DNA of 64,000 nt from the IMG/VR virus record IMGVR_UViG_3300026292_000003, positions 62,001 to 126,000 of that record; one strand, 5' to 3'. A model generated the notes under the pieces. The model saw only the letters and a list, made by a program, of their open reading frames with translations. It was not told the origin of the DNA and ran no database searches. The position numbers and the translations under genes were made by a program. Below, one piece after another: positions 57,735 through 64,000 of the stretch; the first letter of the stretch is position 1; each line of letters starts with the position of its first letter.

Positions 57735-58876
57735 AAGTAAACGAAATAATTGTTGGGTCTAAGAAACGTAAATCCAGAGATAACAGAAAACACAGAATTA
57801 CTCAAAAAGATTTATATACAGTAAAACTTAAAGAGAACGCAAGAATACAACACCTTGAAGATTTAATTCTTTGGGATGGAGTTGCTGGCGGTAAAAAAGC
57901 AATTAGTACACTACATCAAGTTGAACAAAATCCTAATTCAGTTACTATTAAATGGGACGGAAGACCAGCAATAGTATTTGGACGTAATGAAAAAGGTGAG
58001 TTTGTTTTAACTGATAAGTCAGGATTTGGTGCAGTAAAATACAATGGTAGAGTAACTAGTTCTAAAGGACTAGAAGATATGATAGTTAATAGAAACCCAG
58101 ACAATGCAGACTTTGCAAAAACAATGGCTGGTATATGGGATAAAGTAGAAAGTACAGTTCCTGATACATTCAGAGGTTACGTTATAGGTGATCTATTATG
58201 GATGAAAAAGCCTACTGCAAGTGATAACAAAATTACTCTTATGCCAAATACTACAAAATATGAAGTTGTTGCTAATAGCGATATTGGAAAAAAGATACTT
58301 GCAAGTGAAGTAGGAGTTGTGATACACAAAGCAATAGGATTAGATGGTACTACTAGCAACGTTGATATGGGACAGTTCCAACAAGGAGCAACAATGATTA
58401 TGCCACCAGTTACAGTATCAAAAGCACCAGGGGTTGATATACCACAGGTAGATGAATTAGAAAATTATTTAACACAGAACGCAAAATCAATAGATGATTT
58501 ATTTAATGTACCAGCAGAACTTAAAATGAAAAATTTTGGTGATATACTTTATCAATATATAAATGCTAGTGTAAAAAATAAATCACTAGATAATTTAGGA
58601 GCAAATTTTGTACAATGGGTAGAAGGTAGTAATTTATCTGCACCCAAAAAAGAGAGATTATTAAATTATGTAAATACTAAAGCAAAAGGCTTTAATGCTA
58701 CATTTAATTTTATTAAAGGAATTAAGAATATAAAAAATAAAGTAATTGAATTATTAGATAGTCAAAAAGCTGATATACAAGCAGTAAAAGACGGCGAAGG
58801 TTATGTAGTAGATAAAGATGTTAAGTTGGTTAATAGATCAACATTTTCACAAGCAAATTTTGCAAGGAATAATTAA
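57731..58876 (+). CDS. DUF6267-like protein with ligase-type nucleotidyltransferase motifs
   Basis: HLED, TIKWDGRPA (KxDG), GDLLW, EGYVV, VKLVNR..FS. Confidence 0.65.
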   Translation: MKVNEIIVGSKKRKSRDNRKHRITQKDLYTVKLKENARIQHLEDLILWDGVAGGKKAISTLHQVEQNPNSVTIKWDGRPAIVFGRNEKGEFVLTDKSGFGAVKYNGRVTSSKGLEDMIVNRNPDNADFAKTMAGIWDKVESTVPDTFRGYVIGDLLWMKKPTASDNKITLMPNTTKYEVVANSDIGKKILASEVGVVIHKAIGLDGTTSNVDMGQFQQGATMIMPPVTVSKAPGVDIPQVDELENYLTQNAKSIDDLFNVPAELKMKNFGDILYQYINASVKNKSLDNLGANFVQWVEGSNLSAPKKERLLNYVNTKAKGFNATFNFIKGIKNIKNKVIELLDSQKADIQAVKDGEGYVVDKDVKLVNRSTFSQANFARNN

Positions 58877-59640
58877 TGAGCGATAACAAATATACATTAC
58901 AACAATATGCGGCAATGCAAGGTGGACATGAAATGCCTAAAGATAGCGAAGAGCCATATTTAGAATTTATTAATTCATTAGGCGAAGCTAGAATGTTTAG
59001 AACACGTGATATGATTCAAAAGCAAGGTGCTAGAACATTAACTGATCACTTCTTTGTAAGTATGATGAGTTTATATGCAATGGCAAATGATTACAAGTAT
59101 GCACCAGTTGCTAAAGAGTATGCACGTAGAACCAGTATGTTTTCAAATTGGAATAAACCTAGTCCAAGTGGAACAGATTTATACCAAACAATACATTCAA
59201 CAGTTAAACCAAAAGGTTTAGCAGATAGTGATGCAGATAAGCTATTACTTAACAAAGTTAATGTAGAACAAAAGAGAGTTAGAAACTTTTTAAAGCAAAT
59301 AGAATCTGGAAAAATAAATTCAGGACAAGCACAGGCTTTCTTTTACAGATTAGAAAAAAATTTAGCAATACAAGATCCGAAACTTAGAGCGGCAAGAAGA
59401 TTAGTAGGAGAATGGGACACTCTAAATACTACACAAAGACAATTAGCGGCTTCTCAATTAACAAAGTATTATAGACTAAATGCTAGAAGAAGTGATTTAA
59501 ATCCAATATTTCAAAAGTATGCAAATGAACAAGGATTAGAGATAGACGATAAGAAAAAAGGTAGTATAGGTAAACGTATTGCACGTGGAGCGGCGGCATT
59601 TGCGGCTGGATATACTGCTGGTAAAATGACAGGTATGTAA
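58876..59640 (+). CDS. Hypothetical late protein
   Basis: TAATG coupling; C-terminal Gly/Ala hydrophobic helix. Confidence 0.65.
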   Translation: MSDNKYTLQQYAAMQGGHEMPKDSEEPYLEFINSLGEARMFRTRDMIQKQGARTLTDHFFVSMMSLYAMANDYKYAPVAKEYARRTSMFSNWNKPSPSGTDLYQTIHSTVKPKGLADSDADKLLLNKVNVEQKRVRNFLKQIESGKINSGQAQAFFYRLEKNLAIQDPKLRAARRLVGEWDTLNTTQRQLAASQLTKYYRLNARRSDLNPIFQKYANEQGLEIDDKKKGSIGKRIARGAAAFAAGYTAGKMTGM

Positions 59641-59641
59641 T

Positions 59642-60100
59642 ATGGCAGTCTCAAGGCCAGTTGAGGTTCTAACAGGCTCAACTGATTTTTACACGGTTTA
59701 CACCTTAGTTGATATAACAGATTCTGGTGTAGTAAGTCCAAAAACAAGTGCAAGTGGGTATTTCCAAGCACAAAACCTGAATACATTTATCCAAAGTATC
59801 AGTTTAAGATCTCAACCAGTTTTAAGTAGTATACAAGTGCTAGAATCGCAAGATTTAAGCGATTATGAATTTGGTACAAGTTTTACAGGAACTCATACTG
59901 TATGGGTGTTTAAATTTGCTAGTGAAACAGCAGATGCCTGGAAAAAAGATAATAATGATGTTTATATGTTAACCGAAGATTTCAATAAAATGCCTATACA
60001 TAAAGATTTAAATGAAACAATAAGCATTGATCCTGAAATAATCGACACAAATACAGTAAGTAAGAAAAATACTTACTTTAAATATAGTGAAAACATATAA
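59642..60100 (+). CDS. Hypothetical protein
   Basis: YTLVDIT.SG...QN.NT..Q.I.LR.Q. Confidence 0.65.
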   Translation: MAVSRPVEVLTGSTDFYTVYTLVDITDSGVVSPKTSASGYFQAQNLNTFIQSISLRSQPVLSSIQVLESQDLSDYEFGTSFTGTHTVWVFKFASETADAWKKDNNDVYMLTEDFNKMPIHKDLNETISIDPEIIDTNTVSKKNTYFKYSENI

Positions 60101-60179
60101 ATAGTAGTAGAGTACGAATGATTGTACCCTTACTAATCAGCTCTTATTAAGACGCTGTCAAAGAATGTGAGAACATAAT

Positions 60180-60467
60180 ATGGCAATGAATCAGTCAAGG
60201 CTTGAGCGTGAAAATCTAGAGGCGCACGTAGATCTGTGTGCGGAAAGGTATCGCGTGTTGGAAGAAAAATTAAATAGATTAGAAACTAAAGTAGATGGCT
60301 TAACGACCGCTATGAGTAAAGTAGCAGAAAAGCAAACTTCAGCAAGTATGTCTAGTAACAAGCTAATTATTGGAGCCGCGGCAACGGTTATTGCAGGTTT
60401 GCTCTCAACAATAGTATTGTTGTTACTGAATTTGAATACAGTAACTCCATTATTGGGTAGCGGGTAG
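60180..60467 (+). CDS. Coiled-coil protein with C-terminal TM helix (XhlA/holin-like topology)
   Basis: LEAHVDLCAERY coiled coil plus IIGAAATVIAGLLSTIVLLLL; late promoter TATAAATAG 60096. Confidence 0.55.
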   Translation: MAMNQSRLERENLEAHVDLCAERYRVLEEKLNRLETKVDGLTTAMSKVAEKQTSASMSSNKLIIGAAATVIAGLLSTIVLLLLNLNTVTPLLGSG

Positions 60468-60755
60468 ATGTTATTAAACGAATCGTACAATACAGTAATT
60501 TCTGAAGCAAAATTAATTTTTGCTAGAAGAGGCAAGGCTGTAACTAGGAAGTTTCGTTGCACAGTTGGTATTCGTAAGAATAGAATTGTAGCAAATCCTA
60601 GTCAATGTGCGGCACCTATGGATCTCAAAAAGAGATTCGTAATGAGAAAAACAAGAGCACAAAAAGGTGCTCGTATGCAAAAAGCGGCAGTACGTTCTAA
60701 AAGGTTAAATCCTGCAAGTCGTATTGTTGCTAGATTAAATAAAGCTAGAGGTTAA
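60468..60755 (+). CDS. Very basic small protein (prohead-core-like)
   Basis: Arg/Lys-rich after an N-terminal LLNE...ISE segment. Confidence 0.55.
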   Translation: MLLNESYNTVISEAKLIFARRGKAVTRKFRCTVGIRKNRIVANPSQCAAPMDLKKRFVMRKTRAQKGARMQKAAVRSKRLNPASRIVARLNKARG

Positions 60756-60756
60756 G

Positions 60757-61272
60757 ATGGAAATAGTAAACAATAGTACAGTAGATAGTGTAATAGATTA
60801 TGCTAACGTTAAGTTTGGATTAGAGCTTAATAAAGATGATGTAGTAGAACAATTAAAAGGTTTATCTTTTGGAGATACACTTCATTTGTTAGATTCTATC
60901 AAAGCTGAAAACAATGATAAATTTTCATCAATTATAGATTTAAGTAGAGTTAACGAAGCTGGTTATGGAACAATTAATACAGCCAAGCCAAGTAATGCTA
61001 CAATAAGAGCATCAAACAATGGCAATGATCAAAGAGACTTTACTAATGCACAACAAGATGCAAAAAGAGATTCAAGCAACCCACAAAGATTTGTAGCGGG
61101 TGGAAATAAACAAGCTACTGGACAAGGAGCCAACAGAGCTTCAACTAATCCAGATCCAGATGATGTACATAGAGCACAGAATTCACAAACTGCCAGTCAA
61201 GCGGCCAACCAGGCAAACGCAAACGCACAAGAAATTGAAAGACTTAAACAATTGGCAATGGGAGGTAGTTAA
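60757..61272 (+). CDS. Hypothetical protein, Gln/Asn-rich tail
   Basis: Ends EIERLKQLAMGG. Confidence 0.6.
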   Translation: MEIVNNSTVDSVIDYANVKFGLELNKDDVVEQLKGLSFGDTLHLLDSIKAENNDKFSSIIDLSRVNEAGYGTINTAKPSNATIRASNNGNDQRDFTNAQQDAKRDSSNPQRFVAGGNKQATGQGANRASTNPDPDDVHRAQNSQTASQAANQANANAQEIERLKQLAMGGS

Positions 61273-61481
61273 TGAAAACTATTGAACAACCAGGCGGTAT
61301 TCCAGTATTCATTTCAGTTCAAGAAAATCGTTGTTACGAGAACTTATTAGAACGTAAATGTAAAGATGATTTAAATGAACGAGAACTATATTTAATTCAA
61401 AGTTTAGTCAACAAAAATGTTGTTAAAAAAATAGTTGAAAATAATAAAGTATTCTATGAAAGAATGAAAGGAAGCCTATAA
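61272..61481 (+). CDS. Small hypothetical protein
   Basis: TAATG coupling, GGAGG RBS. Confidence 0.6.
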   Translation: MKTIEQPGGIPVFISVQENRCYENLLERKCKDDLNERELYLIQSLVNKNVVKKIVENNKVFYERMKGSL

Positions 61482-62089
61482 TGCCAACACAAGAAGAAAC
61501 AAAAGGAATGAAAGAACTTATTCAAAAGTTAAATGAGAGTTCAAAAGTTCCTACAGAAACTGAACAAAAAAGCAATCCAAAATTAAAAGCAAATTTGTTG
61601 AATAGTGTTAGCAAAGATGCTAAAGGTATGTATGATATACTGCAAAGACTAGATGAAGCTACAACAAAGGTGGCTGAAGAAGCAGTAGAAGAAGCATACG
61701 AAGATCCAATGATGGCCGTAGCAACCAAAAAAGGAAATAGTGTTAAAATTGCAGAATATGAAATCACTATGGATAAACAACAGGTTGTTCCAGGTATCAA
61801 AAAAGTATTTTATACCATCAAGGAAGATGGTAAGGTATTGCACGAACAAATAGCATTATTTGAGACTGCTATGGGAGTAGTTAAAGGTTTGATGCACGGT
61901 AAAACTAATAATATTAATCATTTATTAGATTTAGATGTGCGTTATGGAAGCCAATTAGCTGAAGCGGCGTTTTACAAGCAAAAATCTAAAATAAGTGAAG
62001 GATTTAAGCTAGATTTAGCGATGGCCAAGCAAGGTCAAGCGGTTCAGAAGATGAATGAGGCGAAAAAACAGATCAAATCCTGCCTATAA
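61481..62089 (+). CDS. Hypothetical protein
   Basis: TAATG coupling. Confidence 0.65.
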   Translation: MPTQEETKGMKELIQKLNESSKVPTETEQKSNPKLKANLLNSVSKDAKGMYDILQRLDEATTKVAEEAVEEAYEDPMMAVATKKGNSVKIAEYEITMDKQQVVPGIKKVFYTIKEDGKVLHEQIALFETAMGVVKGLMHGKTNNINHLLDLDVRYGSQLAEAAFYKQKSKISEGFKLDLAMAKQGQAVQKMNEAKKQIKSCL

Positions 62090-62132
62090 GCATAAATACA
62101 ATATATTACAAAAAACCTGAAGGGGTCAAATT

Positions 62133-62891
62133 ATGGATTTAAACAATTTAAAAGTAAACAAAATAACGAAATTAGATTCAGCTCTAAAAGAGGTATTTGG
62201 TGTTAACTTTAACTTTGGTGCAGACGGTGCCAAACTACAAAAAGTTAAAACATTTACAGAATCTAAAATTAAGTCATTACGTGATAATGGTATCGCAGTA
62301 AATGACAAACAATATCAGAAGTTATTGTTAGTATTAGAAGGTATAAAAGAAGCTATGTCAAATAAACCAGTAATGGAAAGCGAATTAGACCAAGCTGAAG
62401 TACTTCTAGCCGCAAAACAAATGGCTGACGACTTACAAAAAATGGCTGAAAATTTAGCAAGTATGCAAGTAGAAGAATTAATGAGTATCACTAACGCAAT
62501 GAAAGAAGAAGTTGGTGTTGCAGAAGCTGAAACATTTTCACAAAGTGCAGAGATGGCAATTGGTACAGCTCTTGAAGCAGTTAAAAAAGCCAACGATGAT
62601 GTAAGTAACGCAGTATTAGTAGCACAAGGTCAAGCACCAGAAACAGATATGAGTATGGAGCCTGCACCAGAAGCACCTATGGATATGGATGCACCTGCTG
62701 AAGAACCAGCTGGTGATGATTTTGAAGGTGTTGATGCCGCTAGTGCAGAGTCAGATGCTGAAGGTAGAGAGATGAAAGAAGAATCAGTCGATCCTTATCT
62801 TAAAGCAATCAAGATGGTTAAAGAAGCACAATCAGAAGGTAAAGTTAGCAAAGACGTTCTTAAAAGAGCATTTGCGGAACTAAAGAGGTAG
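62133..62891 (+). CDS. Acidic helical late protein (prohead core/scaffold-like)
   Basis: Late promoter CATAAATAC 62091; acidic Pro-rich C-terminal linker. Confidence 0.55.
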   Translation: MDLNNLKVNKITKLDSALKEVFGVNFNFGADGAKLQKVKTFTESKIKSLRDNGIAVNDKQYQKLLLVLEGIKEAMSNKPVMESELDQAEVLLAAKQMADDLQKMAENLASMQVEELMSITNAMKEEVGVAEAETFSQSAEMAIGTALEAVKKANDDVSNAVLVAQGQAPETDMSMEPAPEAPMDMDAPAEEPAGDDFEGVDAASAESDAEGREMKEESVDPYLKAIKMVKEAQSEGKVSKDVLKRAFAELKR

Positions 62892-62895
62892 TAAC

Positions 62896-63225
62896 GTGAG
62901 GTACGCTGAACTCTTCGAATTAAATTCTGAAGTAGATTCAAAAGTAATTGATCTGCTTTCAATTCTAAGTAGCGAAGGCGTTGATAATATTCCTCTCGAA
63001 ACTTTAGTTAATGAGCTTAAGGCTATGGGTGTTGATGCTGATGTTGAATCATTATTTGATGAGATATCAAATTTACCTATAGTTAATAATATAAAAGATG
63101 GAATGGTTTATTTTAATACTTCAAGTCTTGATGCTAGTAATTTAAACAAGGTTGACCCCGAAAAAGCAGATAAGACCGTAACTAATATGGCTAAGAAGCA
63201 AGTTAAAAAAGAGTTAAACAAATGA
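62896..63225 (+). CDS. Hypothetical protein
   Basis: GTG start with GAGG RBS; MRYAELFE N-terminus. Confidence 0.6.
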   Translation: MRYAELFELNSEVDSKVIDLLSILSSEGVDNIPLETLVNELKAMGVDADVESLFDEISNLPIVNNIKDGMVYFNTSSLDASNLNKVDPEKADKTVTNMAKKQVKKELNK

Positions 63226-63839
63226 GTGTAGGACTAAACGCGGCACAAGCAAGATCAAAAGCATCACAAGATATGATTGTGTTTACTGAAACGCAAGAAA
63301 TAATGAAAGCAATTATTTCAGAAAGTGCATTAGGTAATTTTGAAGCATATGTAGATGATGCTACAACAATGACAGAAGCTACTCCAAGTATTCAAAAAAT
63401 TGGAACACAATTAAATCCAACAATTACAGTAGGCGACACTCTTATATTTGATAATAATACAATCACACTAGGTACTACAGGAACATCATTAAATGCAATA
63501 GTTGCAGATATTAATGATGCAAACGTCGCAGGATTGACAGCATCAAAAGATAGTAGTTATCTTGTACTTACTATTTCAGAGCCACAAGGTTCTACATGGT
63601 CATATGAGATAGGTGCAGGTACTGCAAATACAGCTCTTGGATTTGTAGCAGGTGTATACAGTATAGCAAATCCATCAAGTGTTGATTATTTTAATATTTG
63701 GCAAGGTACTGCTACTGATCGTGGATTAACAAATCAAATGGAACAAGTAATTAAATATTTCCAAAACCTAGGATACAAAATAGAAAGACTAACCAATACT
63801 AATACCAGTAAAACTTTTAAATGGTATGTGTATTGGTAA
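63222..63839 (+). CDS. Probable structural protein
   Basis: ATGA coupling; L..IV.DIN.A...GLTAS...ALG...G.Y beta insertion. Confidence 0.55.
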   Translation: MSVGLNAAQARSKASQDMIVFTETQEIMKAIISESALGNFEAYVDDATTMTEATPSIQKIGTQLNPTITVGDTLIFDNNTITLGTTGTSLNAIVADINDANVAGLTASKDSSYLVLTISEPQGSTWSYEIGAGTANTALGFVAGVYSIANPSSVDYFNIWQGTATDRGLTNQMEQVIKYFQNLGYKIERLTNTNTSKTFKWYVYW

Positions 63840-64000
63840 ATGAAAATCGCAATCATAGGCTGTAGTTATTCAGCATATTCTCACACAAACGTAGAAAAAG
63901 ATAGCTGGTCTTACCAGTTATATGAACGTTTCCCACAACATACATATTATAATTATGCATTAGGAGGTAGAGGTATAGACTATGCTCAATGGTGTATACT
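63840..64000 (+). CDS. SGNH-hydrolase-like protein, 3'-truncated
   Basis: MKIAIIGCSYS...SW...L...NYALGGRG, open to the window end. Confidence 0.6.
   Translation, partial: MKIAIIGCSYSAYSHTNVEKDSWSYQLYERFPQHTYYNYALGGRGIDYAQWCI

Noticed and set aside
1-64000. Alternative genetic code, introns or inteins
   Set aside because: Core genes (TerL, UvsX, UvsW, helicase, sheath) are full-length and uninterrupted in code 11, and all three stop codons are used.
1-64000. tRNA or rRNA genes
   Set aside because: No cloverleaf or T-arm (GTTCGA) signature recognised in the short intergenic spaces; tRNAscan-SE would be decisive.

Overview
A 64-kb, AT-rich, gene-dense piece of a large T4-like (jumbo-type) myophage genome. 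The host cannot be determined from this window; an aquatic proteobacterial host is only an inference. Almost all genes are on the + strand. In order: (1) tail/baseplate and long coiled-coil fibre genes, two ending in peptidase-S74 chaperones (1-13.3 kb); (2) a cluster of tailoring enzymes: glycosyltransferase-like, 2OG-Fe(II) oxygenase, SGNH-like and sulfotransferase-like (13.4-19 kb); (3) an inverted gp14-gp15-NUDIX block; (4) an SbmA/BacA-RpiB-halogenase operon; (5) gp13, dNMP kinase and more oxygenases; (6) tail sheath, two inserted expression cassettes, tail tube, gp4 and terminase subunits; (7) replication/recombination genes (gp32, UvsX, UvsY, UvsW, EndoVII, primase, helicase) including a 194-aa minimal DnaE-like polymerase; (8) late, probably head-internal, genes. 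Two promoter classes are readable: T4-late-like NATAAATA and sigma70-like TTGACA-N17-TATAAT. Most notable observations: a candidate virion-decoration pathway beside a tiny Ser/Thr-rich fibre-cap protein, the mini-DnaE, strong codon-level avoidance of GCWGC, leaderless replication genes, multi-hairpin late leaders and duplicated expression cassettes. No tRNA, rRNA, CRISPR array, integrase or reverse transcriptase was recognised. All calls are from motifs read by eye, with no database searches.
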